A stretch of DNA of 64,000 nt, taken from positions 124,806,001 through 124,870,000 of the forward strand of contig NC_059427.1 of NCBI RefSeq assembly GCF_021028975.2. Reading direction: 5' to 3'. Position 1 is the stretch's first letter, and the number at the start of each line of letters is the position of its first letter. Both the position numbers and the translations under genes were made by a program. The notes beneath the pieces are model-generated. The model ran no database searches. It was not told where the DNA came from and saw only the letters and a program-made list of their open reading frames with translations. Source of the stretch: Sphaerodactylus townsendi (lineage: Eukaryota). Positions 48,701 to 62,332 of the stretch are shown here, piece after piece.

Positions 48701-49193
48701 GTGAGAATCCAGCAATCCTTACCGAGAATAAGCTCCAATATTTATATTCTGAATCACTGTCTTTTTTGCAGCAGGCAAGCAAAAATCTCTGTACAAATAA
48801 CTGCCCTTTCAGAAGCCATCAGGGCTTCCTCAAGGCCATGTCTCCGCCATGTCCCCTCGCAGTTGCATTCCCCACTTATGTCCGTCTCTGTTCTGCAGAG
48901 GCTGCAGCCCGAGGAGCCCGCCAGGCTCAGGCAGAGGACCTGACCAAAGTGGATGTGGAGCACGTGGAAAAAGTGCTGCCCCAGCTGGTATGTCAAGCAC
49001 AGTTCAGATTCCTCAATTAACAGGATAAGGATGTGAGCAAAGCCATCTTAATCCCCTTCCTTCTGAGGGATGTTTGGTTGGTTAGTAATGTCTTTACTGG
49101 GAACATGAAGTCAAGAAAATATTACACAATTTGGGGAGAGTGCCTTGTTGAAGTAAAAATCATCCTCCATTTCCGCAGCTTCTGGACTTCTAG
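39779..49193 (+). CDS. CENPX: Centromere protein X (MHF2/STRA13), 5 exons, 82 aa
   Basis: Exons 39779-39817, 47182-47233, 47591-47644, 48899-48987, 49179-49193. [73 protein letters not shown]. Confidence 0.96.
39926..40076. mobile_element. Palindromic PIF/Harbinger-like MITE
   Basis: GGCTCCTTCCGCACATGCAGAATAA...TTATTCTGTATGTGTGGAAGGGGCC with 3-bp TSD ATG. Confidence 0.8.
40472..40695 (-). mobile_element. CR1 LINE 3' end
   Basis: CATAAGAACATAAGAA tail plus CTGCTGGATCAGACCAGAGTCCATCTAGTCCAG, typical of squamate CR1 3' ends. Confidence 0.75.
41205..41501 (+). mobile_element. Squam3/Sauria-type SINE nested in an older GC-rich repeat (about 40908-41698)
   Basis: Near full-length SINE with CTCTTCTTC tail; flanks start CAGCCCAGTTC and end GGATTGGGATG. 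Confidence 0.85.
41952..42137. mobile_element. SPIN/URR1-type non-autonomous hAT element
   Basis: GTGGTTCTCA...CCCTTTAATACAGTTCCTCATGTTGTGGTGACCCCCAACC...GGGTCGCAACCCACAGGTTGAGAACTGCTG; 8-bp TSD CTCTAAAT on both sides. Confidence 0.88.
42740..43010 (-). mobile_element. hAT transposase 5' remnant (BED zinc finger)
   Basis: MAAGHKRDPVWEYFNEVPLAMGKAKCKHCNKEI*: VW-YF plus CxxC BED signature, truncated. Confidence 0.7.
43042..43142. mobile_element. hAT MITE, same family as 14668
   Basis: CAGTGGTGGG...CCCACCACTG; TSD ATTCTGTG. Confidence 0.9.
47325..47443. mobile_element. Palindromic hAT MITE in CENPX intron 2
   Basis: CATAGGTGTCGAACTC...GAGTTTGACACCTATG; TSD CTCTGGAA/CTCTGAAA. Confidence 0.88.
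48384..48605. mobile_element. hAT-like MITE with TAGGGTTGCCA ends
   Basis: TAGGGTTGCCAAC...GTTGGCAATCCTA; no clean TSD seen. Confidence 0.75.
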
Positions 49194-49706
49194 AGAGTGG
49201 ACAACACGGTGCAATATTCCTGTCAGCACAGAAATGTCGCCTGGGCTCTGGATGAAGTGGACCACAAACTTAAAAAAAAATAACATGGAATCTGTTGCAA
49301 AGGCGCTACAGTTTTGGCAGCTCTTCTTCCCTCTTCTGAAGCTGCTGCCCTCTCTCCATCTTTTTCCAAGGTGCCCAGTACTTTTAGAGTGATGCTTTGA
49401 AAGAGCTTAGAGTCTGTCTTTTCACAACAGAAGGTCTGGAGCAGAGGATACCTGGCCCAAGCTGCCTGTTCCCATTCACAGCCAGGCAGAGTCTACACTT
49501 TCTTTTCCGATGGGAAAAACAGGTGCCTTTCTGTAGGGGTGTGTGGAAAGAGTGAGTATTCCTGGAAGACTTCCCCACACCATGGGCTCTCATCACCTCA
49601 GCAGGCATTTAAAAGGCCAACCCCAGGCCTCTCTGCTGTCTGAGCTCTTAAACAGGAGCTAGCCCCAGGTCTATGCCAATAGCAGGTACCTGATCTTTGT
49701 TTTATA

Positions 49707-49712
49707 AATAAA
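49707..49712 (+). terminator. Probable CENPX polyadenylation signal (second at 49851-49856)
   Basis: AATAAA about 510 nt after the stop. Confidence 0.6.
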
Positions 49713-52700
49713 CAGTGCCTGTCCCTCAATCCTTTCCAGCATTCCACTGGGGCCATGACATCAAAGACTGCTTGGAACCTTTTAACCATTTGATATTTCT
49801 CTCAGAAGCTGCTTCCCTCTGCTATAAATTTGTTCTCACAAAGAAACTTCAATAAATCAAAAATAGTCTCCCTCCCTTGTGCGGGCTTCTTGTTGCAATT
49901 AATCATAGAAAGTCAAGTAGCTTCAAAGAGTTTTTTTGGCCTCTCCCCACCCCCTCTTTGTAGGACGAAAGAAAAACTTTCAAAAAAGGGGCAGAATAAC
50001 AAACAGCATGTGTGAGGATCCCACATCACGCAAGGCCTAGCCCCTCTGTCAGCAGGGAGTGTGGGGGTGGGGAGGGGGGGTGGGAGCTATGAAATAGTAA
50101 ACCTTACACATGGAGGGCAGGGCGTAGCTTAATGAGTCTGGTTCCATGGAGAAATAAAACCGAGGCCCAGAGAGGGAGAAGCAGCTGCCTGTGGCACTAC
50201 TGGATGTCACATCAAATCCAGGAAAGCAACAATACTGCTCCGGTGGTGGTGGATGCGCGCTTGCAGTTAAGTATCCCAAGAGGCTAGCTCCTGCATGGTT
50301 GCAGTGAGCACAGACAAAAGATCCCTAATACAGCTAGCAGAGGCTGGGATACTGTTGCTTTTCAGTGCAGATGTGATTTTGGTCGCATGCAAACAGATCC
50401 ACCCACAGAAAGGCCTGTTTCCTCCTCTTGCATGATGTATTTTGTCTGCTCCTTTGACAGCCCCACAGCCGCATCTGAAGCAGAGTTACATTTTTAAAGC
50501 TCACTGGCTTCAACATAAGGGTATCAGTCAGCTTAAGATGGACAGTCAACAACAGGGAAAGTGCGCCCAGTGCACGTCCTGCGCCCTCTAAGCCCCCTGT
50601 AATGCCCTGTCCTGTCCCGTCCTGCCCCTGCCACACCTCCACAGGGGTGCGCGCCTGGTGCGTTGCACACACCCCATCCCCTTTGTGCTACGCCTTTGGT
50701 CAACAATGGCTTGATGTTTTTTTATCACTGAGTTGGAAGGGTCACCTAGTCCAACCCCTTGTCAATTCAGGAGCTGTATGAAGTGCCATTAAGTGTAAAA
50801 AACAGTATGATTTACCTAAGCTTCCAGTGAGAGCTATCTCATCAACCACCATACTGATCATGCAGGTGCTTTGTATAAAATAGGCTAAGTTAACATAGGA
50901 ATATGTATATACATAGGTATATGTATATATAACATAGGTATAAGTATAAAATAGGCTACACAAAGTTAACTTGATTCCTGTTAAACAGGTACTTTGTATG
51001 TACTATGCAACAGTGAATACAGATTTAAGCACCCATGTGTTCATACCGAAGACGAATTTAAAACGGATGGGGTTTCTGTTTTAATACATTTACACCCTTG
51101 ATTTTAATTTAGGTTTTCTTGTTTAGATTCAGTTTTTCTTTGGCAAAACCAAATGGCAGTCCCAAGCTTGGCACTGAGAAAGAGAGGAGCATTAGGATGT
51201 CGCTGTCCTTCAAAAGTTGAACAGACCTAAACGTTCTGCATTCCCTGAATGGCAGAGAAGAAGTGGGCACTTCTGGTTCACTAGTAGCAGGCTTGTCCTT
51301 TGAGGGCTAAACAACGCAGTGAGGTTTCTAAGTTGGGTCCAAAATAGCCCAGACCTGACTTTCTTTTCTCACAGCAGGTTCAGGGAACAATATTTTGATG
51401 GCCTGAAGGACCTGATTTCACTTGGATCAATAGTGTGGAGGGGTTCCTCCCTTTCCCTCGTTGCTATATTTCAGCTCTGGAAAATGGCACAGGGGGAATA
51501 AGGCCCTCCTCCCTTAATACAACAGTTCCAAGCTGACTCAGGCCTCTGCAGGCTTTTAAGATGCCATTCTCCTAAGCCAGGAACCCAGGGCCACCTTGTT
51601 AGAAATTGTCTTGCATAGTTTGGCTGGCAGTGACCATGCCACGCTGAGTTTTGCTGGACATGCTCCATTATAGAGGAAATGAGCTTAGTCAAATAAGAAC
51701 ACGGTGAATGAGGTAATTAGCAGCTTGAAGGCAGGTGAGGTTGCTTATCAGCCGTCTCATCCAGACACAACATACTAGCCATACTCTGTACAAGTTAGTC
51801 ACTCTAAACCTTCATTTGAAAACAATTAGGATTTTCATTCTGGGAATCTAGCAATGATCCTACCGCAGTCTCTCTAAACTCAGCAGGCTTCCTCTTTACC
51901 CCCATCTGTGGCTAAACAGAAACTGTTACAAGATCTATTAATATCTCCAGTCTGGAAGAAAGACAGAGCTGAGCTTCCTCATTGGCACACAGGCCCCATT
52001 CTCCTCTACAAGGCCAGAAATTCACAGTAGTCTGTCTAAAGCCTAATTCACCTTTTCCCCTGGAAGAACCAACAGGAAGCACTGCACATGCAAATGTAAA
52101 AGCGTAGAAACAACTGTCAGTCAGGAAAAAGGCAGGCTACTGTGATCTGCAACTTTAAAAAAGAATAATATACTGTCTGTGTGTCAGGATGAGAATCAGT
52201 GGGATAAGGAAGAGAAACAGAAGATCTCTTGGCCCAAAGTTGAGATGTAGCTTGGGAGAAGACACCTCAGGTAAAGGCAAGCAACTCAATGCAAGTCCAG
52301 CAGTGTATGAGTTAATGCTTCAGAACAGAACTAAAGAATTAAGGGATCATTCAAAACTGGGAGTAGGTAGCTGTGTCTACAGGGCACAAATTGTAGTAGT
52401 GCTGCGTTTTGTTTTCATTTTTAAAGGAATATCTTCTAACTAATGTATATTGTGCTTAAAATAAAAGCCATTTGTCAGTCTTTAAAATGTAACATAATGT
52501 TCAAAACCCAGAAACAAGACAGTTTGGAATTTTTAATGTGGGGCCTATGCTGCCACAAAGACCATGGGAACCCACACCTACCCTGTTTCCCTCCACCACT
52601 TGAAATAAAAATAAAGCCATAAAACAGAATTCTGAGTTGTTTAAACACACATCCCTTTCAACAAGAGACACATGTATATAATCCTTCCTAATAGCAGTGT

Positions 52701-54589
52701 GCATGTTCCATCTGAACAGCATTTCAGTGGCTGCTTATGTGCTTAATTTCACAGTATAAAGACATAAAAGATCACAGGGAAAAAACCAAAAAGCTGCTTT
52801 AGTGTCAATGTTAATGGATCCAAAGGAAACCATTGCGAACTATTGGCACAGAATGCAGACTGAGGAGACATTTGCCAAGCTCCTAGACAGAGACATGGAG
52901 GTTTTCCACACAGGATTTCCTGTGGTTTCCCCATTGCTACTGTAGCTGCCAATTCAGTACACTGGCAGTGGGGCTTCCAAATCATGGGCTTCCCCTCATT
53001 CTCTCTTCCTTGGCCCACCACACCTGCTAGGCCCCCAGAGTTTTCTTTAATTGGGTAACACTAGATTACTATAGCATTATAATGATCTATTGCAACAATG
53101 TACTAGTTCACAACTTTCATTTTTTTTAAAAGCTAAGCTCCTCTAATTGTAGTTATTTCCCATTCTAACTCCACAATGAAAAGGGGTGAAGACTTACTGA
53201 GTTTTGAAATGAAAGATGGGCGCTAGTACACTGTTGCAACACATTATTTTAGCGTTATAATGGCAATTACCCCAGCACTAGTGTAACCTTTCAAAAAAGA
53301 ACAGTTCAGCGTATAGGAGGTTTTACAAAGAATGCAGATGACAAACCTAGAGGTGCATGAAAAGCACTATCCTCCTGTGAGGAAGCAGGAAACTCACTCT
53401 CAAACTCACGCAAGCCAGGGCAAACAAGACTCATCTAATAGTTACACAGATGACATTCTGCTAGGTGAAGATTGTAAGATTAGAATGGACATGGTCTAGT
53501 CTAGCATAACTGGGATTTAGCTTCTACCTTGACTTTTGTAGCGCACTACACACACATCCACTACCAGATGGCAGCATTGTGTGTGCAATGAACCCAGCTG
53601 TTGTCTTACACTCTCCTGTGGTAGCTCCTTTTTGGGGTGACATTAAAGACCTATTTTCTTGGTTCTTTAACTGCTTGCTGCGCTCAGCAGCTTCCTCTAC
53701 CTTTTTCTTCCCACATCTCCTGCGATTTTCTTCAAAGCAGTTGGGAGCATTTGGAAGTAATTAGACCTGAAGGGAAATGTTGGCCAGTCTGGGAGACAAT
53801 GACAAGTGCCAGGAACCCTTGGTGCCCCTTCCAGCCACTTTGAAGTTCAGTCTGATGGTACAATGCTCTATTTTTTGTTTGTTTGTTTGAAGGGGTGGGG
53901 GCAGGAGAAAAAATGGGCCATGTCAAGCTTTCTGAATAGGGAGTAGATTACTGTGAACTGATAAAGAATCTGACCGGCAAGTGGGCACAGTATTCAAAAA
54001 GGGAGAACGTTGGCCATCCTGCTTCATTACCTGCAAAAGTCATGTACATTTCACAGCAGCCACTGGTAGATGGGTACATGTTACTAAAATAATTTGATCA
54101 TCTAGCTCCAACGTCTTCAACTCATAAGTCTCAGGACTCTTGCGGGGGTTATGGAGTCCTACAGTCTCAGGCTCCTACAGATCCATTTTTTTCCCTGTTC
54201 CTTTTTGGAAGAACCCGATGCTAGTGCACCCATATAGAAAGAAAGCATACCATGCTATCTACTACTTTTTACATGCACGGAAACTAGTAGGGCAGCGAGC
54301 AAAGGTAAATTAGCAACAGATATGTTTCTTTCTAGCATAGGCAAGAAAGAGACCACTTCCTACCAAAGCTTTCCATTGCGTGCTGTCTCTTCATCTGGCT
54401 TGGCCTGCCCCTCCAACAGTTGGTTCTCCAATGTTGTGTGCATGCTGCACATTCCTCTCCCCAGTGAGGTCACAATGGTGTCCCCTCCTCTTCCTCTTGT
54501 TCAGGAGTGCTTTTCCATAAAGGTAACAAGGCCATACTATAACAGAATGGCTCAGGATGGCATTCATAGGAGAAAGGGACTGTATTCTA

Positions 54590-55660
54590 TTTCTTTACAT
54601 TTATTAATTTACCACAGTTTCATGGTGGGTTACAATAAAAAACATACAGCATTAAAAGACAGTAAAAACACAATAAAATACCATCCTAAAAGTCAAGCAC
54701 AATCTAAAATCTTCCGCACCCACGCACCCGCAAAAGAGGGAGGGGTGTATGGACATCTTGGGGGGCCTCCTTGCAGCAGGGGGAGTAGGTAAACATCAGG
54801 GTGAAGAGGATGGTCTTCACCAGGTGTCGAAACTCCAAAACAGTAGGCGCCTGGTGAACCTCTGGAGGAAGCACATTCCACTCTGCAGTGGCATACCCGG
54901 CCTAAATGGTGCCCGGGGGCATGACCAGTTCCCCGCGCCCCCCGCTCAGCTCCCCCTGCCCCCACACCCCCACTAATGGGAGCCAGCAGGGAGGCATCCC
55001 AGCCACCCTGCAGGCCGGAGCACTGCAGGGGGTGGCCCAGGTGGGTGGTGGGGCCATCCACCACCGAGTCCCTCGGCAGGCCAGCTCCTGCCCTCCCCGG
55101 GGCCTGGGGAGGGCAGAAGGCAGCCTGCAGGGAGGGTGGGGCACTGTGGCATGCACCTGGGGACATGAGATACCCCATGTCCCCATTAATGGTACACCAC
55201 TGCCACAGTCCAGGGGCCAGTGCAGAAAAGGCCCTCCGGTCTGACCTCATCTCCTTACCTGTGAATGGGGCAGGATAGCCAAGCAGGCCTCCCCCTCTTA
55301 TCTCAGCATCTGGGCAGAAATACATGGGTGGATGCGCTCTCTCAGGTACTCAGAACCAAAGCCATTAAAGGTGAAGTGAAGTACTGGTCAACAGATGAGC
55401 TGTTGTATTTTGCATCAGCTTGAGCTTTCAAACTGTCCTCAAAGGCAGCCCCACATATCGTGCATTGCAATAATCCAATATGTCGGTTACCAAAGCATGG
55501 ATCACTGTGTCCAGGTCATCCTGGCCCAGGAAAAAGAAGAGTTGGCACACCAGCTGGAGATGTTGATGGACCCTCCTGGTAATCGCTGCCACCTGGGTTT
55601 CCAGAGACAGTGTCCCATCCAGGATGATGCAAGATCCCACACCCAGTATTTCTGGGGTAG
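54590..55660 (-). mobile_element. Degraded L2 LINE 3' part with nested DNA element
   Basis: Remnant peptides LDTVIHALVTDILDYCNARYVGLP and RAFSALAPGLW; other L2 pieces near 22060-22330, 46020-46410, 57310-57470. Confidence 0.75.
54886..55202. mobile_element. GC-rich hAT-like element nested in the L2
   Basis: TIRs CAGTGGCATACC...GGTACACCACTG; related fragments near 31837-32060 and 50567-50697; TSD degenerate. Confidence 0.7.
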
Positions 55661-56362
55661 AACCATCTCTTTCTGTAGACTGTACTACTCTGATTCAGGA
55701 TGTATTATGTTGTTGCTGCACTGTCTGCTGAGATAAAACTATTTTTTCTGCGTTATATATTCTGTATCATGTTATATATTATATGTCTATTCAGATTCCT
55801 TTAGTCCTAATCCCAGTACATTGCTTATTGGGTGTCTCTTCATGTGGATTATATTGACTCATACTATGTAATCTGATTTGAGTCACAGTCAGAAGGCAGA
55901 CTATAAACATGGTAAGTATGTAAGTGTGACAAGTTCTTTGTTTGCAAAGGTTAAAGACCACTGATCTAACCAGTGTCATGTGCCACAAAATAAGATAAAG
56001 TGATGTCTAGAACACTTACACACCCACCCATGCATAGAAGAGCCAGCCCTCTTACAATTATAGCCCAGTTTATCCTGGCTTAAAGAATTTTCTTCAGCCT
56101 TGCATCTCTTTACTAAGGGGCCATTACCTCCTCTCCCTCTGTCATCATTTGAGGACAATGGTAGTAAGTGCTGTGTTGTTTTTAAGACACGTCAATCATT
56201 GATCTTCCTGAGAAAGCCCTTAAGCTGGTCAACAACTAAAAAAAATATAGATGCCATATTTTGTATTTGTCCTAACCTGGATAGTCCAAGATAGCCTGAC
56301 CTTGTCAAATCTTTGAAACTAAGCAGGGTCAGCCCTGATTCATATTTGTATGGAAGAGCACT

Positions 56363-56654
56363 AAGAGGAAGAGTTGGATTTATATCCACTCTTTCTCTCC
56401 TATAGGAGACTCAAAGGGGCTTGCAATCTCCTTTCTCTTCCCCCCTCACAACAAACACCCTGTGAGGTAGGTGGCTGAGAGAGCTCAGAAGAACTGTGAC
56501 TAGCCCAAGGTCACCCAGCTGGCATGTGTTGGAGTGTACAGGCTAATCTGAATTCCCCAGATAAGCCTCTACAGCTAAGGCAGCAGAGCGGGGAATCAAA
56601 CCCAGTCCCTCCAGATTAGAGTACACCTGCTCTTAACCACTATGCCACTGCTGC
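56363..56654 (-). mobile_element. Squam3/Sauria-type SINE inserted in a 5S-derived SINE
   Basis: Reverse copy closely similar to 41205-41501. Confidence 0.87.
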
Positions 56655-59600
56655 AAAGGAATTTCTGGGTCATGAGGCAGAGACAGGCAATGGCAAACCA
56701 TTTCTGGCCATCTCTTGCTTTGAAAAAACCCTGTGGAGTCACCGTAAGTCAGTTGTGACTTGATGGCAATATTTTTAGAAATGTGACATGGGCAAGAACA
56801 GTAGTGCATTCATTTGGCTAAGCACTGCCCTGTGTTTAACCCAGGGAACTGTTGAGCCAGCTATATGCATGTTGCAGGTTAGAGCACCTCACACATCCAC
56901 AAAGAGCGCTTCTTATTTAGACAGATGGGTGATCAGATGATGCAACCCACTTTAATGTAACATGTACAGTGGCCCGGAGAATCAAATGAAGGCAAGGATC
57001 TAGTGCCAAAGGCTACAGTTGAGGTTCCTGGACCAGCACAAAATAAGCCAAAGCAAAAGCTTGGTATGATGTCTATTTTCCTATCAATATTTGCACATTT
57101 GATTTCCTGGCACAGATACCTCAAGAGAAGAATGTCAATCAAAATTCAATTACTATTTTTTAAAAAATAGGAACAAGAACAAAAGACTACTGTTAATATA
57201 TAGATACTGGTGTTGTTGTAAGGGCAGATTATGTATTACAGTAAAAGGATATCCGATTTAAGCATTAGAATTATGGAAGAATATTGAAATTGTATGATTC
57301 TAGTAGATTATTGACAGGCTGTTCTTGGCCAAGGTCAGGGCTTTTTTGTCCCTGGCCCCAGCCTGCCTGATGAAAAGCTCTGTTGAACAAGACAAGAGCC
57401 CTACAGGATTTAGCACAGTTTCATAGGGCCTGCAAGATGAAGCTGTTCTGCCAAGTTTATGGTTGAAGGCAACGATGGTATTCCATCTATTTGGCCTCCC
57501 TCCTTCCTTGTTCTCTTCCCTTCCCTTCCCACTGTCTCTCCCCCACCCCCCCGCCCCACCAGTACAAGTGAGTGAGCTTGGGGATGGTTTATTTAATTAC
57601 TCTCCCCTTAATTGGCTTTCATGATGCTTGAACTGCTGAAAATGTACAAATTTTATTGGATTTTATGTATTTTATCATATTGTATGACACACTGAGCTCA
57701 TATGAGGAAGAGCATCTCATAAATCAAATAAATTAATTAATCCATTGTTGATTCTGAGAGAAGCACGGGGTGAAATTTGATAGACTTGGGATCTCAAGGA
57801 CTTGACAAAATTTATAAAAACACTTCAATGAAATGCTGATAAGTTAACATGAAATATGTTGGTTTTATACATATGTGACAGGAATACTCTACTCGGACCA
57901 TACACTTATCATCAGTGTCAGGCTTACGTTACCACTTTTAAAAACAATCGCATTGTGAGGTTCCTCCCTTGTTGATGTTGCTCCCTGGCCCTCTGCCTCC
58001 ATGCCACTTCCACTCTCTGAGTTATCTTTAGACTGCAGAAGGGTAGGAGGAGGAGAAGGATTGTACTGCCTAAGTCTGCATTCTCTTTTATGGAGCATTG
58101 ACCTCTTCTGGGCACTACACTGACTGCTCCCTCTCTCCTCCCTGGTTTGGCTGTGGAACCACCATTTCAGCTTCCCCCCCTGCCAAGTTTACAGGTTTGA
58201 GCCCCCCCTCCTGGGGTTTGGCTGGGGGCGGGGTGGGGGTGAGCCCTCCCCTGAGACAATCAGTGCCAAGCCATATTGACAAAGGGATTTAGTTACAACA
58301 GCAGCTGAGGCACAGGACTGCCCTACCTTCCTGCTCTATCCATAGGCATAACCAGCAAAATTCCAACTTTGCATGAAATAAAGCCCTCCAGGTTTGCCAT
58401 AGCTTCACCCTGAAAGGGCAGTTCAAGTCTAGATACCTGGCTGCCAGCAAAAAATGGCAAATAGCCAGGAGTGAGCTGATTAAAGTTAGTTCCTCACCAG
58501 TAGGGGGTGCTGAGATGGTGGTGCTGCATCTGGCAGCATGCCCCAGCCGGGGGGGGGGGGGGAGGCGCTGCAGCCACATGCTCACAGAATCACCCCTCCG
58601 CATGGGTAAGTGCTCCAGGGAGGGCGAATCCACAGGCGCGGTTATGCCCCGCTTCCATCGGTAGATTAGTGGGGGGCCCTCTGCATGGGGCTCTCAGTGT
58701 CATTTAAGTATAGATTTTTTTAATTGTAATTTTAAAGTACAAGTGGGTCATACTTAGATAAGGCAATATTTATAGGGAAATTGGGAAGGATATGTGAGAT
58801 ATAGCAGGAGAGGATTCTTGTGGAAGCAGGAGAAGGGATAATAGAGGATTAGGAGAATATCTGTTTGTATTGTAATTTAAAAAAATGTAAATAAACAGTT
58901 TGTGTTGTGAATCAGAAGTTAAATGTTAAAGTTGTATTTCAGCTATCTAAAGATCATTTGTTGAAACCAAATGCGTTTTACAAGTTGAATCTAAAGAGCA
59001 GAAATTAACTATGCACATGAATGCAGTCACTTCCCATAAACTGATTTATGTGATTTTATTAATAATTTCTTCTGAATGTTTGAGTTTTTAAGCAGTGTGC
59101 TAAGAAAGCAAGGTATATAAAACCCTAGGTGGCATACCTGTGGGTTTTCTTTGGGGTCATGACTATGGGCAGTGTTCTGAATTGCCTCAAAATGTGCTTG
59201 TACTCACAAGAAATGATTCACAGGATATAAGTTTGAAGTGAGATGAAGTTAGCTACTACTCTAAACTCTGTACATTGTCCCTCATGAAATTCCACACAAC
59301 CCCACCTCCATAGATAGTGGCAATGGAGGCCTCTCCCTATGATGTTACTGGCGCCTCTCAGTGATGTAACTGGGCCTCTGGCTCAGCCCCAGCCCCCAGC
59401 CCAGAAATGGGAAAGTCTACACCTCTGCCTGCCCCTATGACCTGAGCGATTATCTGGACCATGGGTTGGAGTACCACTCCCCATCACCTGCTCCATCCTT
59501 GCTGGCTCTCCCCCTTTCTTCCATAGGCTATTTTCTAGGAGGCCTCCAGCCAGACACCTCCCCCCCCCCCGTTCTTCCATGGCTGTGTTCTGCCCAGGCT

Positions 59601-61128
59601 GTAACGGTGTTGCTTCTGCTGGCCAATGGCCTTTGAGGCTCGCTCTACCCCAGAATTATGTAGTGTCAGCATTATGTAGTGTCATCCTCAGTGTTAGGAG
59701 ATCACATCATCAAATCAACCTGCATCCAGAACTCTGGACTCAAGAGACTGGTGGCAAGGACCATATCCAGTTGCTGCAGTTACCTGCCATCAAGGATCCC
59801 ATCCTGGGAGCTCTAACTGAGTCAACAATGGCTGCCCAAGATATGAAATAGTTGTGTGAGTCCTCTCCAGCTCCTGCAGATTTGAGAAGTCCACAACTTT
59901 GCCATAGGTGCTTCAGCCAAGGACTAGCCAGGTGCTGGCCACGGACACTCATAAAAATGTTGCTACCAACAGTGTAGTTGCAAGACATTCAAAATTAATA
60001 ATGTATACACCAAGTAACTGAAGAAAGCACTTTCAGCAGCAGAAAGAGGCTAACTCATGGTGCAGATATTACTCTGGGTAAGAACCAGAAATTGATTAGT
60101 ATCTGTATGGGTAGATCCCTTTTTTGGGATACTAGAACAATCACTGTAAAGATCCTCAGAGGAATGCATTATTTTGTGTTCGGTAATATATTATACACAA
60201 TTGTAATGTAAAAACAAAGCATGATTTGATTTGTCACAGGAAGTGTCTGCAATTCAAACATTAGATGTGTCTGTACCTCTAAACATACAATTCCAGTGAG
60301 TAATCTGCTGTTTCTCCTTCTCACAGCTTCCTGCAGAACTCATTTGGCCATGAGGTCGAGATTCCTTGTTGGTACAGGGGAAAACTAATGCTCTCTCAAT
60401 GACCCTCTGGCAGACCTGATTGGAGGGACTGATAGAGCGGGAATCTGATGGGGAGTGCACACAAGTACACACACACAATAGTGAATATGACGACATGCTT
60501 CTGTCATCTGTGCATTCACTCACTGCCCAATCCTTATCAAAGGATAGTAACAAATGGCAATGACAGCTGCAGCTCCCTCTCTTCACTGCCATAACCATCA
60601 AGGGATAAGATCGGAGGGGAGGGGGAAGGCTGTGGCTTTGTGGTATAACATCTACTTGGTGTGTACAAGGTCCCAGGTTCAATCTCTGGCATACCCAGTT
60701 AAAAAGGAGTACATACTAGCCGACATGAAAGACCTCTGCCTGAGACCTGGAGAGCTGCTTCTGGTTAGTAGGGAAGATGGACTTCGATGTACTAAGTCAA
60801 ACCATTGGTTTAAGGCTAGTTTGTGTGTTGATGTGAGCAGATAAGTGAACAAGCGTTGGCAAAGTAGTGGAGCATTAGCTGGTGACTTCCACTTGCTCTC
60901 CCTCTTATGGACAGCGATGGGAAAAAGTAGACGTTTATTGGCTGCGTTTGATAGAAAGGGGAGGCCTACTGCTGGTCTAAAGGTCTCGTGGTTCAAAAAA
61001 ATCTGGACCTGGTCCTACCTTCTGGGCTTGGATTGGGCACTGGGGAGAATGTCGTCTACTGACAGGAACGCAAGGGCCAGGGACACTGTAGCAACAGATA
61101 ATGCAGCTATTGCAAGAATAATGTAGTC

Positions 61129-61263
61129 CATAGGTGTCAAACTCGCGGCCCTCCAGATGTTATGGACTACAGTTCCCACCATCCCCTGCCACCATCATGT
61201 TGGCAGGGGATGATGGGCACTGTAGTCCGTAACATCTGGGGGGCCGCGAGTTTGACACTTGTG
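61129..61263. mobile_element. Palindromic hAT MITE, same family as 47325
   Basis: CATAGGTGTCAAACTCGCGG...CCGCGAGTTTGACACTTGTG; perfect TSD ATGTAGTC. Confidence 0.9.
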
Positions 61264-62326
61264 ATGTAGTCAGTGATAAGGAGGGGGTTGAGGCTAGGAC
61301 CACTGTCTTGGAAGCTGACTTAACAAAAAAAAACCCCACAAGCATAATCCTCCTAAATCTGGAAAAGAGTTTGGGAGCTTAAAGAGAAAAACTGCAAACT
61401 GGAAAAGAATGAAAGCAATCTCAAATAAAGAATGAAACAGACCACAATATAGAAGAAACATTCATTAGTCTGAAGAGCAACCTGGAATCTAAGAACAAGA
61501 AACTTTAAAAGTGAACTTAAACAAGAGACTACAGTGGGTCAAGCATCCTAGGACAGCTCCAATTACATAGCTTCCTCCCAAATCCGTTGGGAGTTGTCCA
61601 ACAAAGAGCAGGAAGGATGGGAGGAAAATGTACTTGCTACAATTTCAAGAATGCAGATTATAAAGACAATCCACTAAAAAACAAAAATCAGGGACATGGA
61701 AAAATGGTACCACTTAATGTGCATAATTTTGGCTGCTATAATTTTCCTATACTGTACGTGCAATACTGCAGAATTGCAGGTGTTATGTCACCAGACACCC
61801 AAGAGAACCACTATGGACTGAAAAACTTAAACCTATCCCTGTTTACCCCTTCCCACCTCTGTTTCTTGGCTCATAAATAAAATTTTCGATTTTCAGTTCT
61901 TTGAACATTAATAACAATTAATTAACCAACCCACCCACCCTTGCACTGAGAAATGAGAGAATCCAGGGCCCATGAGGCACAAAACCAATGGACGATAAGA
62001 ACCAAACTTCCAGCATGGAAATTATACATCAACTGAATGTGTTTAACCTCATCATGTGTGATCGGCTCATTTGGCAGATTTAAACACCCCTTCTGTATAA
62101 CCAACACCAGGGCTGTAAAGTTCCCAACATGTATACAATGAAGGTGACAAACTATTTTCACGATTTTTGTACTTGTTTATTTCACTAGATTGCAAACCCA
62201 CAACTACTTCTCTCCAGTCTACCTCAACAGCCCAAATCTACACCTAAAGCTTGGCGCTGCAGATAAGGCTTCTTTCAACCATTCTTAATGCAAAAGAATT
62301 GGCAACAGGAAATGAGGTATTGCAAT

Positions 62327-62332
62327 TTTATT
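62327..62332 (-). terminator. Probable ASPSCR1 polyadenylation signal
   Basis: AATAAA on -, about 120 nt after the stop. Confidence 0.65.

Noticed and set aside
54693-55325. 210-aa ORF
   Set aside because: Chimera of an L2 remnant and the nested GC-rich DNA element.
56290-56360. 5S rRNA-like sequence (also about 13310 and 14130)
   Set aside because: Truncated, diverged and joined to SINE bodies; not rRNA genes.
60620-60700. tRNA-like sequence with A/B boxes
   Set aside because: Degenerate SINE head; no convincing cloverleaf.
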